Assembly: GCA_963806035.1 (NCBI GenBank)
Contig: CAWDWO010000037.1
Coordinates: forward strand, 1 to 64,000
Direction of reading: 5' to 3'
Length of the DNA stretch: 64,000 nucleotides
Source of the DNA: Candidatus Krumholzibacteriota bacterium
GTDB taxonomy: Bacteria; Krumholzibacteriota; Krumholzibacteriia; JAJRXK01
Shown: positions 18,463 to 29,068 of the stretch, in pieces
Numbering within the stretch: the stretch's first letter is position 1
Layout of the letters: every line of letters begins with the position of its first letter
Position numbers and translations under genes: made by a program
The notes under the pieces: generated by a model
Database searches by the model: none
Seen by the model: only the letters and a program-made list of their open reading frames with translations
Told to the model about the DNA's origin: nothing

Positions 18463-19232
18463 TGGAAACAGCTGCGAGCTTAGCGGCGGAGGTGCACCCA
18501 GTCGGCCCGCCTGTCGCAATCCCCAAGACCTTGCGTGCTCCCCAGGACGGCGAGTACGTGGTCGCCAAACTCGATGGCCAATGGGAGGAGATCCGGATTC
18601 AGGACTACGCTCGCCTCTTCGAGGTCCCGGGTCTCTACGAGCAGGTCGTCTACGAAGCGCTCGAGTGCAGTTCGCCGCAGACGATCTCCTCACTGCTCGA
18701 AGAACGCCTGGAGGCGGACGGACGCTCCATGGAACAACTGAAGGTGCTCGATCTCGGCGCCGGGAACGGGTGCGTGGCCGAGGAACTGAAGGACCACGGC
18801 GCTCGTGAGTTTTTGGCGATCGACATCTGTCCCGAGGCGAAGGAAGCGGCCGACCGCGATCGGCCCGGCCTGTACGATTCCTATCTCATCGACGACATGA
18901 CCGCACCTCAGCCGTCCACCGTGACGACGCTGAAGCAGGCTCAGCCCAATTGCCTGTGTTGCGTGGCCGCCTTGGGCTTTCATGACATTCCCGCCGATGC
19001 TTTCGCCAACGCCCTCGATTTCGTGGAGCCAGATGGATGGGTCGCATTCACGATCAAATCCGATTTCGTCCAGAATGGCGACGCTTCGGGCTTCCGGCGA
19101 CTCATCACGAAACTCATCGATACCGGCGAACTCGAGGTCGAACGGCGCCGGCCCTACACGCATCGGCTCGCTACCGATGGGCGTCCCCTCGAATATCTCG
19201 CCTACGTCGCTCGCAAAAGGGTCAATCCTTAG
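18462..19232 (+). CDS. Class I SAM-dependent methyltransferase
   Basis: VLDLGAGNG motif I and AIDI motif II; overlaps the MarR stop codon. Confidence 0.85.
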   Translation: METAASLAAEVHPVGPPVAIPKTLRAPQDGEYVVAKLDGQWEEIRIQDYARLFEVPGLYEQVVYEALECSSPQTISSLLEERLEADGRSMEQLKVLDLGAGNGCVAEELKDHGAREFLAIDICPEAKEAADRDRPGLYDSYLIDDMTAPQPSTVTTLKQAQPNCLCCVAALGFHDIPADAFANALDFVEPDGWVAFTIKSDFVQNGDASGFRRLITKLIDTGELEVERRRPYTHRLATDGRPLEYLAYVARKRVNP

Positions 19233-19296
19233 CCAAGCTTTCTCCGCGCACGCTCAATTTCGGGAGTGATTCTCCATCGATTTTCGCCGTGGCATA

Positions 19297-19740
19297 TTGC
19301 CCCTGTCGATTCTGTTTTTTCTCTGCTCGGCCTTCTCTGCCATGGCTGCGCAGGCACCGCAGTTCGAAGAGTCCGAGATGAGCTCCGCTGAGGGCTACGC
19401 GATGATCCGCTGGGATCATCCTGACGAGTCCCTCGATGCACAGTTCCAACTGGTCGTCTTGGGTCCCGATAGTTTACGAATGACCTACGAAACGCCGGAG
19501 CAGAGCACCTTCCTCTCCGGGCTCTCCAATGGAGATTATGAATTGCGAGTGCGTCACCGCTCCGACTCCTCGGATGAGTGGGAGCAGTGGTCGCAGCCCA
19601 TGACTTTGGAAGTCGAGCATCATCCTTTGGGGCTCGCCTTCGCCCTCTTCGTCGCGGGCGGCATCATGTTTCTATCGATCGTCATCTTCCTGATTCGCCA
19701 CGCCAACGACGCTCTGGAAGTCGAGAACGGAGCCGTCTGA
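19297..19740 (+). CDS. Small exported single-pass membrane protein with FN3-like segment
   Basis: Signal-like N-terminus, LSGLSNGDYELRVR, C-terminal TM helix; start uncertain. Confidence 0.65.
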   Translation: MPLSILFFLCSAFSAMAAQAPQFEESEMSSAEGYAMIRWDHPDESLDAQFQLVVLGPDSLRMTYETPEQSTFLSGLSNGDYELRVRHRSDSSDEWEQWSQPMTLEVEHHPLGLAFALFVAGGIMFLSIVIFLIRHANDALEVENGAV

Positions 19741-21173
19741 TGATCATTCTGAGCACTACCCACGGCTGGCTGCTGTTGGCCGGTTTGGCCCTCTTATGGG
19801 TCGTCTTGGGCATCTATTGGGGACGCCGGGCCAAGTCGCTGGAAGGCTTCATGCTCGCCAACCGCAACGTGGGGCTCGCCCTGGGGACCGCCACCGCCGT
19901 CGCCACCTGGATCACTTCCAACACCACCATGCTGGCGCCGCAATTCGCGCTGCAGCTGGGGCTGTGGGGAATCCTGGCTTACTGCACCGCATCCATCGGC
20001 CTCTTTCTCTTTGCGCCCATGGCGCGGCGCATTCGCGAACTCATGCCGAATGGCTTCACCAGCACCGAGTTCGTTCGTCTCCGCTACGGAAAGACGGCAT
20101 GGATCGTCTTTCTCATCATCTCCCTCTTCTATGCCATCACCTGGATGGTCAGCATGGGGATGGCGGGGGGAATCCTGCTGGAATCTCTGGCTGGAATTCC
20201 CTATGCACAGGGTATGAGCGTCATCTTGGGAGTGTGTGTACTGTACACGCTCTTCGGAGGACTTTACGCCGTCATTGGGACGGACTTCATTCAGAGCCTC
20301 ATCATCCTGGTGGGCACGGTAGCAGTCGCGATTACCGTGATCCAACGCGTTCCTCTGCACGGCGTGTACGACAATCTCGAGGCTCATCGCCCCGAGCTTT
20401 TGCGCGTTCTGTTTCCCGCGGCCATCATGGCGGTGTTCAACAATCTGCTCTTCGGTCTCGGCGAGGTCTTTCACAGTAATGTCTGGTGGAGCCGCGCCTT
20501 TGCCATGCGCAAGGGCGTGGGGAAGAAGGCCTATATCTTGGCCGGACTGCTCTGGCTTCCCGTTCCCATCGTGGCGGGCTTTTTGGGCCTTGCCGCCCCG
20601 GCCCTCGATATCGCAATTCCACGTCCGGACATGGTGGGACCCGTGGTCGCGGCGACCATCTTGGGCTACGCCGGAGCGGTATTGGTGTTCGTGGTCGTGT
20701 TCTGCTCCCTTGCTTCGAGCATCGACAGTCTGCTGGCTGCGACTTCGGATCTGGTGACCAAAGATCTGGTCCAACCCATTTTCATGCCCGACGCGGATGA
20801 GCGGAGGCTCCGGAGTGTCTCCACCTGGGTCGTGGTCGCGGTGGGCGGGATCACCTGGCTGCTGTGCTTGCCCAAGATGGGCACTCTGGCCAGCGTGCTC
20901 TTCTTCGCCGGACCAATGGTGGCCAGCACGATCTGGCCCATTCTCTACGGCCTGTATCGACGTGACGCAACCGGTAAGGCCGCGGTGTCCGCGATGCTCG
21001 GAGGCACGATCGTCGGACTGGTGGCCTACTTCACTCTGGGCTGGTATACCGCATCGCTCATCGGCACCGCGGTCTCCTTCACTCTCTTGGTGACGATCAC
21101 CAAATTCTCGTCCAGTCGCTTTGACTGGCGCAAACTCGACGCTCGACCCGAAAAAGCGATGGAGGTGAGCTGA
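19740..21173 (+). CDS. Na+/solute symporter (SSS family, proline/urea-like)
   Basis: FMLANRNVG, YTLFGGLYAVIGTDFIQ and SLASSIDSLL motifs; about 13 TM segments; TGATG coupling. Confidence 0.9.
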   Translation: MIILSTTHGWLLLAGLALLWVVLGIYWGRRAKSLEGFMLANRNVGLALGTATAVATWITSNTTMLAPQFALQLGLWGILAYCTASIGLFLFAPMARRIRELMPNGFTSTEFVRLRYGKTAWIVFLIISLFYAITWMVSMGMAGGILLESLAGIPYAQGMSVILGVCVLYTLFGGLYAVIGTDFIQSLIILVGTVAVAITVIQRVPLHGVYDNLEAHRPELLRVLFPAAIMAVFNNLLFGLGEVFHSNVWWSRAFAMRKGVGKKAYILAGLLWLPVPIVAGFLGLAAPALDIAIPRPDMVGPVVAATILGYAGAVLVFVVVFCSLASSIDSLLAATSDLVTKDLVQPIFMPDADERRLRSVSTWVVVAVGGITWLLCLPKMGTLASVLFFAGPMVASTIWPILYGLYRRDATGKAAVSAMLGGTIVGLVAYFTLGWYTASLIGTAVSFTLLVTITKFSSSRFDWRKLDARPEKAMEVS

Positions 21174-21293
21174 GTGTTTTCACTCGCGTTCTTCAGTGTT
21201 CTGTACTGGATCGGAATCGTTCTGACCAGCGTGGGCATTCTCACTCTCATCGTTCTCTTTTTGATCGATGCCGGAAGGAAAGAACTATGGTAA
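21174..21293 (+). CDS. 39-aa single-TM peptide MFSLAFFSVLYWIGIVLTSVGILTLIVLFLIDAGRKELW
   Basis: GGAGG RBS upstream; GTG directly after the symporter stop; its TAA overlaps the start of the next gene; absent from the ORF track. Confidence 0.75.
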   Translation: MFSLAFFSVLYWIGIVLTSVGILTLIVLFLIDAGRKELW

Positions 21294-22403
21294 TGGCGCC
21301 GGATTCAATTCCTCAAAAGTCCGCCAACGACCTCGCCCAAGCCAAGCCTGGGCTCAATTCCAAGGGAGGAGTGCTCGATCCGGGCAAGCTTCTCGAGGCG
21401 CACGGACAGACCATAGACTTCGAGCGTCTGCATTCCCTGAGCGGGAAGTCGATCCTCGGCGTCGAACAGCTCAGTCGCGATTCCGTCATCGAACTGTGCA
21501 AATTCAGCGCTCTTCTGGAACGCACCGAGATCGCCAGCCACCACCCTCTGGACGGGAAGATTTGCATCACCGCGTTCTTCGAGGCAAGTACGCGCACACG
21601 TCTCTCCTTCGAGAGCGCCGTCCTGCGACTCGACGGAAAAGTGCTGAGCGTGCCCGACGGGAAAGTCACCGGAGTGGCCAAGGGCGAATCGCTGGAGGAC
21701 ATCGGCGAGATGTTCAACAGCTATGGCGACCTGGTCATCATGCGACACCCGGAAACCGATGCCGTCGAGCGGATCTCCAAGAATCTTACCCTTCCCTTGA
21801 TCAATGCGGGCAACGGTTCGGGGCAACATCCCACGCAGGCCCTGCTCGATTGGTATGCGCTCTTGAAGTGGCGACCCGAGTTCAGTCTGCGCGAGCTCAA
21901 GCCAGAGAAGAAAATCCACCTGGGAATCATCGGTACACCGGGAAGCATGCGCGCGGTCAAGAGTTTCTTGCGAATGTCTCTGTTGTTTCACGATGCCATC
22001 GACCGCATCACCGTGGTCTCCGAAATGCGGGATCCCCTGGGTCCGCGCTTGAGAGAACTCACGGAGGATTCCTCGGTCGAGCTGAAGTGCACCGATGACG
22101 TATCCAAGATCTTGCCGGAGCTGGACGTCATCTACATGAACTCCATCGCCTTCCTGGGGGACAGCTATCGGCAGATCGGACTCGCGCTTCAGCCTGAGCC
22201 GCAAGAGCACCCTGAAGAAAGGCGCGGTGGTGCTCCATCCGCTCGCGCGCGGCAGGAGCTCTCCGAGTCCCTCGACGCCAGTCAGCACAACCTATATTTC
22301 GCACAGGCCGCCGGGGCGGTTTTCATGCGCCAGGCCCTGCTCATCACAATTCTCGGATCGAATTCGCGCGCTGCCCAAGAGCGTGCTCTACTTGGTCAGC
22401 TGA
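21287..22403 (+). CDS. Aspartate-carbamoyltransferase-like transcarbamylase with divergent substrate site, local frameshifts
   Basis: FFEASTRTRLSFE, KGESLED, MRHP, INAGNG and HPTQALLD; the alternative frame at 22180-22255 restores VVLHPLARG; probable stop TGA at 22401-22403. Confidence 0.8.
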
Positions 22404-22423
22404 GAAGAAGGGAAGGGATCACC

Positions 22424-24402
22424 GTGTGCGGGATCGCCGGATACGTGGAAACTCGATCGGGTGCAGGAGGCCGATCGCGCCGGGCTCGAAGACGCCATGG
22501 AACTCCTGAAGCACCGCGGGCCCGGATGGCCGGGGCCGGCACATCGATGAAGACCGTGGCCTGGCCATGGGCCACACGCGCTTGTCGATCATCGACCTCA
22601 AGACGGGGGACCAGCCCCTGATCGACTCCGTCACGCAAAAACGTGCTCACGGTCAACGGCGAGTTCTACGATTACAAGACGCATCCGCGCTCAACTCGCC
22701 ACGCAGGGGCATCGCTTCCAGACCAAGTCGGACAGCGAGATCGCGCTGCATCTTTTGCGAGCTGCACGGGCTCGACTTCGTTCACCACCTGCGCGGCGAG
22801 TTCGCCTTCGCGCTCTACGATCAAGCGGAGGAGCGGCTGCTCCTGGTGCGCGACCGCTTCGGCATCCGACCGCTGTTCTACCATCTCAGCGAGGATCGCA
22901 TCTTCTGCGGCTCTGAGGTCAAGGCGATGCTGGCGCATCCAGACGTGCCGCGCGCCCTGTCCCGCCAGGCCGCGCTCCACCAGATGATGCAGGTCATGGT
23001 GCCGGGCACGACTGCTTTCGAGGAAGTCGAAGGCGCTGAAGCCCGGTCACATGCTGTCGATTCGCAAGCGCGACGGCCGCCTGGAGCTGAAGGAGATCAA
23101 GTACTGGGACATGGAGTTCCCCGAGTCGAGGGCGTACAAGCGCAAGCCGGACCCGAAGCTCTTCATCGAGGATGTGCGAGAGGGTCTCATCGACGCGGTT
23201 CGGCTCGTCTGGAGGCCGACGTTCCGGTCGGCTGCTATCTCTCGGGCGGGATCGACAGTTGCTCGATCCTCGGCCTGGCCACGGCGATGCAGCAGTCGCC
23301 CGGTCAAGGCATTCACGATCAGCTTCGATCACGCCGACTACGACGAATCCGAGATCGCGGCCGAGATGGCCGAAAGGACGGGCGCCGACCAGGACGTGCT
23401 CCGTCTGAAGGGCGAGGACCTCTACGGCGAGAACTACGTGCGCGCGGTGTGGCATGCGGAGCGGACCTTCTACAACACCCTCGGCGTGGCCAAGTGGCAC
23501 ATGAGCCGCCGCGTGCGTGAATGTGGCTTCAAGGTCGTGGTCACGGGCGAGGGTTCGGACGAGCTGTTCGCCGGCTATCCCTTCTTCAAGCGCGACTATT
23601 TCCAGCAGGATCCCGAAGCGCGAGCAAGAGCAAGAAAGACCCGTGCAAACTCGGACGCTCTCTTCCAGGGCGCCATCCTGGCCGAGGAGCAATCGCCAGC
23701 ATCCCGCCTTCGAGGAGCTGTGCGGCTTCACTCCGTCCTGGATCCAGCCCTGGATGCTCACGCTGAAGGAAGTGCAGCCGCTGCTCACGGCCGAGATGCG
23801 TGAAGAGCTCGCGGATTACGATCCGGTCGCGGCGATCGCCGAGCAAATCGATCCGAAAATGCTGCGCGGGCGCCATCCGCTGGACAAAGCGCAGTACACC
23901 TGGATCAAGACCATGCTCGAGGGTCAGATCCTGAACTGGGGCGGAGACCGCGTCGACATGGCCAACTCGATGGAGAGTCGCCCCGCCTTCTTCGATCACC
24001 ATCTCGCCGAGCTGGCGACGACGATTCCGCCGGAGCTGAGAATCAGGAACGGGGTGGAGAAATGGGTCTTGCGCGAGGCGATGAAGGGCGTGCTTCCGAA
24101 GACTCTCTACGAGCGGCGAGAAGTTCGCCTTCATGGCGCCGCCCAGCCGTACCAACCAGGGGAACCGGCGCGCGGTGGAGCCTCTCCTGCGTTTACTCCT
24201 GAACCGGGAGTCCGTTACCCAGGCTGAGCTTCTCGATCCGGACGCGGTGGACGCGTTCTTGAAAGAATGGCGCGGTCAGCGCGACGCTGCGCGCTCTCGC
24301 CGCCTCGACATCATCTTGAATCACATTCTGGGATTACAAATTCTCCACAGCGAGTTCGTGGAGGTCAAACCGGGCGCGTCGCTCGCGCGTGCTTACGCGT
24401 GA
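22424..24402 (+). CDS. asnB: Asparagine-synthetase-B-like glutamine amidotransferase, multiple frameshifts
   Basis: MCGIAG start; HRGPD, GHTRLSIID, VNGEFY, RDRFGIRPL, LSGGIDS, TGEGSDELFAGY, DRVDMANSMESR and EKWVLR motifs spread across frames. Confidence 0.85.
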
Positions 24403-24447
24403 GCGGCACGCCCTGATTTCCTGCCGTGCAACTTTGATCGAGTCGTG

Positions 24448-24855
24448 TCAGCGAATCTTGATCATCGGGCACTCGAAGCGCTTGATCACCTCACCAATCG
24501 AGATCTGACCGGCGTCGACCGCGTCCTGGATTTCCTCGGCGTTGGTGAACTGCTTGGGTGAGATCGTCAGCCAGTTGATGGGGCGAACCTTCCAGCGGCC
24601 ACCATTGAAGTCCATGTCCCCCGGCGCCGCGTCGGCGACGTTGGCCAGATCACCACCCAAAACGTAGATGGTGTCGAATTTCCCTTGGTCGGGAAGATTC
24701 GTAGGGGTGCCGATGGTTTTGTATTGCTGGTCGTGGGCGTAAATGACCCCGGCCGGGGGACCGCCCTTGGCAAAGGCGACGGATCCGAAGGTGAGGGTCA
24801 TGGCCAGTGCCATGACGAGAGCTGTGAGGAAGAATGAACTTCTACGCGTTCTCAT
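24448..24855 (-). CDS. Small secreted hypothetical protein
   Basis: Signal peptide ending VAFA; compact domain with FNGGRW and FECP; GGAG RBS. Confidence 0.7.
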   Translation of the reverse strand: MRTRRSSFFLTALVMALAMTLTFGSVAFAKGGPPAGVIYAHDQQYKTIGTPTNLPDQGKFDTIYVLGGDLANVADAAPGDMDFNGGRWKVRPINWLTISPKQFTNAEEIQDAVDAGQISIGEVIKRFECPMIKIR

Positions 24856-25223
24856 GAACGAATCTCCTCTGATGTGAGTGAGGTGCGAACGGGACGAAGT
24901 CACGCTCGCGTTCTTTTGTCTCCGGTGGGATCGGTAGGGAACTTACGGCTGAGCCGGTGCGCTGTGACCGGACGTCCATGGGATGGTGGGGGCGCGTGCT
25001 TCGGTGCGAAGGAGCGCGCGATTGAATTCAGGGAATTCAGATCTTATGCTCGTGAGGCTCCGCAGATCCCCGGCACGCCACTTTGTGCCATTGCAAGGAG
25101 GCGCCCCTGCGTTGCTTTGGTACCCATTCTTGCAATGCACAGGGAGCACAATTGCCGTCAGGTACTGGCTCCGATAGAATGAAGGCGCCAGTCCCGCCCG
25201 TTCCCCACGACAAGGATGAAGCC

Positions 25224-26711
25224 ATGGATGCCAGCCCCGCGCGCCGCGCGCTTTCGTTCCTCTTCCTTGCTCTTCTCCTCCTTCTTAGTTCAAGCCTCTC
25301 CTTCGCGGACACCACCCTGCAAAATGACGGCTATACTTCGGGAGCGAGCGTCGGTTTCCAGGGAGGCTTCGTCAGCGGCGAAATTGGCGCATCGCGTTTC
25401 TTTTTGCCGGGATCGAACCCCGTGCAGCTCAAGAGCGTCATTTTACTTTTCGGTGGAGCCTCGACCCAGGAGACGATCACCCTGCACGTGTGGGACGATT
25501 CTGCGTTGAGCAACGATCCCGGCACCGAGCTGTACAGCGGCGACTTTCAACTCACCGGTTCGGACAACAACCTGCAGCAGATCGACTTGAGCGGGCAGAG
25601 CATCTTCGTGTCCGCTCCTTTCCGCGTGGGGATCGAATTTCAATACGACGGCTATCCATCCATCGCGCGTGATTCCGACGGCAACATCACCTCCAACCTG
25701 AACTACATCGACGCCAGCGGCTTCGGCTGGGTGCAGTCTTCGCTCTTGGGTGTCACGGGAGACTGGATCATTCGCGCCGTGGTCGCGGATGTCCTGTCAC
25801 CCGCTCCGGCGTTGGGCAGCATCGCGGACGTGGGCAACGATCAGGGGGGGCAGGTGCGCCTGAATTTCCAGGCGTCGAGCGCCGACTCTCCCTCGGCTCC
25901 GCAGCCGGTGCTGAGCTATGAGGCCTATCGCCGCATCGATCCCTTGCCCTCAGCCAGTTCGGGCAGCAGTTCGTCAAAGCTGGCGGGCTGGGAGTACGTG
26001 GGGGCAATTCCCGCGCACGGTGAAACGACTTACAACATGATCGTTCCCACCCTGGCGGATTCCACCATCGCTCAGGGAATGCACTGGTCCGTGTTTTTCG
26101 TACGCGCCGCCACCGCCTCGCCGGCACTCTTTTACGATTCAGTGCCCGATTCGGGCTATTCACTGGATAATCTGGCGCCAAGTCCGCCGAACAATCTCGT
26201 CCTGAATCTCGCTCAGCTCGATTGGGATGCCGCGGACGAGACGGATTTCGATTACTACAGAGTCTATGGTTCGCCGTCGGGCGTTCTGGACGGTTCCCAG
26301 GTGCTCCTGGGCGCGACTTCCGTGAACACTTATTCCGTTTCTTCCAACTCCGATCCCTACTACCTGGTCACCACGGTCGACTTCGCCGGTAATGAGAGCC
26401 CCGCATCGACGGTGGCGAACGCCGTGACCGGCGCCTCGAGCGTGCCCTCGCGTTCCATTTGGCTGAGGGTGAGTCCCAATCCCTTCAACCCGGCCACCTC
26501 CGTCCGCTTCTTCCTGCCACAGGCGGCTCCGCTCAGCCTCTTCGTGTACGACCAGCGCGGAAGGCTCGTGGACACACTCTTTCGCGCGAAGCAGTTCTCT
26601 GCCGGAGAGCACAGCGTGCCCTATCACAGCGCGCTGCCCAGCGGAGTGTACCTCTTGAAGTTGGTCAGTGATCAGCAGGTCAAGAGCGCCAAGATCAGTC
26701 TTGTGCGCTGA
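25224..26711 (+). CDS. Secreted multi-domain protein with FN3-like segment and FlgD-Ig tail
   Basis: Signal peptide; IADVGNDQGGQVRL, SGYSLDNLAPSPP and SPNPFNPAT...PSGVY tail. Confidence 0.8.
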   Translation: MDASPARRALSFLFLALLLLLSSSLSFADTTLQNDGYTSGASVGFQGGFVSGEIGASRFFLPGSNPVQLKSVILLFGGASTQETITLHVWDDSALSNDPGTELYSGDFQLTGSDNNLQQIDLSGQSIFVSAPFRVGIEFQYDGYPSIARDSDGNITSNLNYIDASGFGWVQSSLLGVTGDWIIRAVVADVLSPAPALGSIADVGNDQGGQVRLNFQASSADSPSAPQPVLSYEAYRRIDPLPSASSGSSSSKLAGWEYVGAIPAHGETTYNMIVPTLADSTIAQGMHWSVFFVRAATASPALFYDSVPDSGYSLDNLAPSPPNNLVLNLAQLDWDAADETDFDYYRVYGSPSGVLDGSQVLLGATSVNTYSVSSNSDPYYLVTTVDFAGNESPASTVANAVTGASSVPSRSIWLRVSPNPFNPATSVRFFLPQAAPLSLFVYDQRGRLVDTLFRAKQFSAGEHSVPYHSALPSGVYLLKLVSDQQVKSAKISLVR

Positions 26712-26717
26712 GTGGCT

Positions 26718-28277
26718 CTAGCGTAGCCCGAGCTTGCGCGCCAGGTGGTGGAGATTGCTGCGGTGCATCCCCAGCTGGCGCGCGGCGGCCGCCCAATTGC
26801 CGTCGTTCGCTCGCACCGTGGCTTCAATGACGCGCCGCTGATAATTGCGTGTTCGGTCGCGGAGACTGCGTTCGTCCTTCCCGGAGGATGTTTCGTCTTC
26901 ATCCACCTCGTTCTCCTCTGCAGGCGCGGCGGCGCGAATGTCGAAATGTTCGCTCTGGAGAATGAGGGGTTCACGGCTGGAATGACCGCGGGCGCCGCGC
27001 AGCGCGGCGCGGCTCACCACGTTTTCCAGCTCGCGTGCGTTCCCCGGCCACTCCGCCGCCATGAGCCGTTCGCGGGCCTCCGGAGAGAGACGTACCGGCC
27101 CCAGGCCCAGCTTGCGACGCGTCTGGTCCAAAAAGTGCGCCGCGAGCAGGGGGATGTCCTCGCGCCGTTCCCGTCAGCGGGGGGACATTCAGCGGATACA
27201 CGGCGAGCCGGTGGAAGAGATCGGCCCGGAAGCGGCCGGCAGCCACTTCCTCCTCGAGATCTCGATTGGTGGCGGCGATCACGCGCACGTCGACCCGATG
27301 TCCGCGGTCATCTCCGACACGCTGGATCTCTCCTTCCTGCAGAACACGCAAGAGCTTCGGCTGTAGCGTGAGGGGAAGCTCGCCGATTTCATCCAGGAAG
27401 AGGCTGGCGCCGTTGGCGATCTCGAATTTGCCCGCGCGGTCGCGAGTAGCGCCGGTGAAGGCGCCGGCCACGTGTCCAAAGAGTTCGCTTTCGGCGATCG
27501 ACTCCGGCAGGGCCGCGCAGTTGACGTGAATGAGAGCCTCGTCGTGACGCGCGGATTCGCCATGAACTTGGCGCGCCACCAATTCTTTCCCCACACCGGT
27601 CTCGCCCAGGATCAAAACGGATAACTCACTCGCTGCCACCAGACTGATGTCGCGCCGCAGGCGTTCGATCGCCCGCGAATTTCCCAGGAATCTGCAGTCC
27701 GCCACTGCTGCGCTGCAGCTCGCGCGCCACTGCCCCCTTGTGCTCGGCCATTCTCTCGATGGACTCGATGAGAGATGCGGTGTGCAGCGCCGCGCCCGCG
27801 ATCGCGGCCAGCGCCTCCAGCCACTGCGGCTGGAGAGAATCGAAAGCTTGGGGCGACAGCGCGTCCGCGGTGAGCGCTCCCACCACCTGTCCGCCCTCCA
27901 TCAGCGCACATCCCAGGCAGGCGTGGATGTGCTCGAGCGCATGGGGGTCAGAGGAGAGATAACCGTCGAAGGGGTCGGGGAGGGGCGAGTCCACCGGGAA
28001 GCGCACCGCGCCCTCGCGACGCCAAAATGATGTCCAGACGGGGATGCTCTTTGCGGGGGTAGCTCCGCACCAGCGCCTCGTCGGTGAGACCGTGCGCCGC
28101 GACGGGGATGAGTTCCTCCCCTTGAAGCCGCAAAAGACAGGCCGCGTCGCAGGGGATCAACTTGCGCACCGCGCCGAGCAAGCGCTCGTAGCGATCCTCC
28201 GCGGCCAGCGATGCGGTGAGATCGCGTGCAGTCTCGAGGAAGATCTCCAGCCCTTCCGGGTGTTGTTGATCGGACAA
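26718..28277 (-). CDS. norR: Nitric oxide reductase transcription regulator NorR (GAF, sigma-54 AAA+, HTH), frameshifted
   Basis: GAF with LPDPFDG and [34 protein letters not shown] and [23 protein letters not shown]; divergent from ric and qnor. Confidence 0.88.
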
Positions 28278-28362
28278 CGTGTTGTTCCTTTCACTACAGT
28301 ACTGTCGTTATCAATTCAATAACGTACTTTCTAACTCCTTGGAATCAAAGGAGTTTTTTGAC

Positions 28363-28378
28363 TGGCATCCGAGCTGCA
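28363..28378 (+). promoter_or_regulatory. Sigma-54 -24/-12 promoter TGGCATCCGAGCTGCA
   Basis: GG-N10-GC spacing just upstream of the ric RBS; GT-N7-AC NorR-box candidates at 28265-28275 and 28284-28294. Confidence 0.75.
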
Positions 28379-28405
28379 GAGCGATCCCGGCAAGGAGGAA
28401 TTCTT

Positions 28406-29068
28406 ATGGAGACTATCAAGACGAACTTGGCGCAGTTGGCCACCGAACACCCGGGGGCCTCCCGCGTCCTTCACGCTCGGGGCCTGGACTACTGCTGCGG
28501 CGGGCAGCGTTCCCTGGAGGACGCCTGCCAGGAGCGCGGACTCGACCCCGATGAAATCCTGCAGGAGATCGCGGCCCAGTCGAGGAGCCCGCTAAAGGAG
28601 CACTCGTGCGCGGAGTTGCCACTGCGCGATCTCACCCGCTTCATCGTCGAACACTACCACGAAAGTCTGCGCCGGGAACTCCCCGAGTTCGTTGCGCTGG
28701 CGGAGAAGGTCGAGACGAAGCACGCCGCCAAGGCGAGTTGCCCGACCGGCCTCGCGGCGCACTTGCGCGAGTGCCATGCCGCCATGCTCGATCACATGGA
28801 GAAAGAAGAGCAGATCCTGTTTCCGCTCATCAGCTCCGGGATGGGCAACCAGACCGCCGGACCGGTGCAGGTCATGGAGGATGAGCACCGCGAACATGCG
28901 TTGAACTTGCAGCGCACGCGCGAGCTCACCGGCGATTTCTCGCCCCCGGCCGAGGCATGCACCAGCTGGCGGGCCCTCTATCTACGACTCCATGAGCTCG
29001 AGGCCGAACTCATGGAACACATCCATCTCGAGAACAACGTTCTCTTCCCTCGGGCACTGTGCGAGTAA
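28406..29068 (+). CDS. ytfE: Di-iron repair-of-iron-centres protein (YtfE/Ric/NorA)
   Basis: LDYCCGG, HMEKEEQILFP, ACTSWRALY and HIHLENNVLFP motifs; AAGGAGG RBS. Confidence 0.95.
   Translation: METIKTNLAQLATEHPGASRVLHARGLDYCCGGQRSLEDACQERGLDPDEILQEIAAQSRSPLKEHSCAELPLRDLTRFIVEHYHESLRRELPEFVALAEKVETKHAAKASCPTGLAAHLRECHAAMLDHMEKEEQILFPLISSGMGNQTAGPVQVMEDEHREHALNLQRTRELTGDFSPPAEACTSWRALYLRLHELEAELMEHIHLENNVLFPRALCE

Noticed and set aside
21287..22621. Apparent ATCase-AsnB fusion, since the ORF reads into VCGIAGY
   Set aside because: Ntn amidotransferases need an N-terminal Cys. An RBS-like purine tract and GTG at 22424, plus an alternative-frame stop at 22403, indicate two genes joined by an indel.
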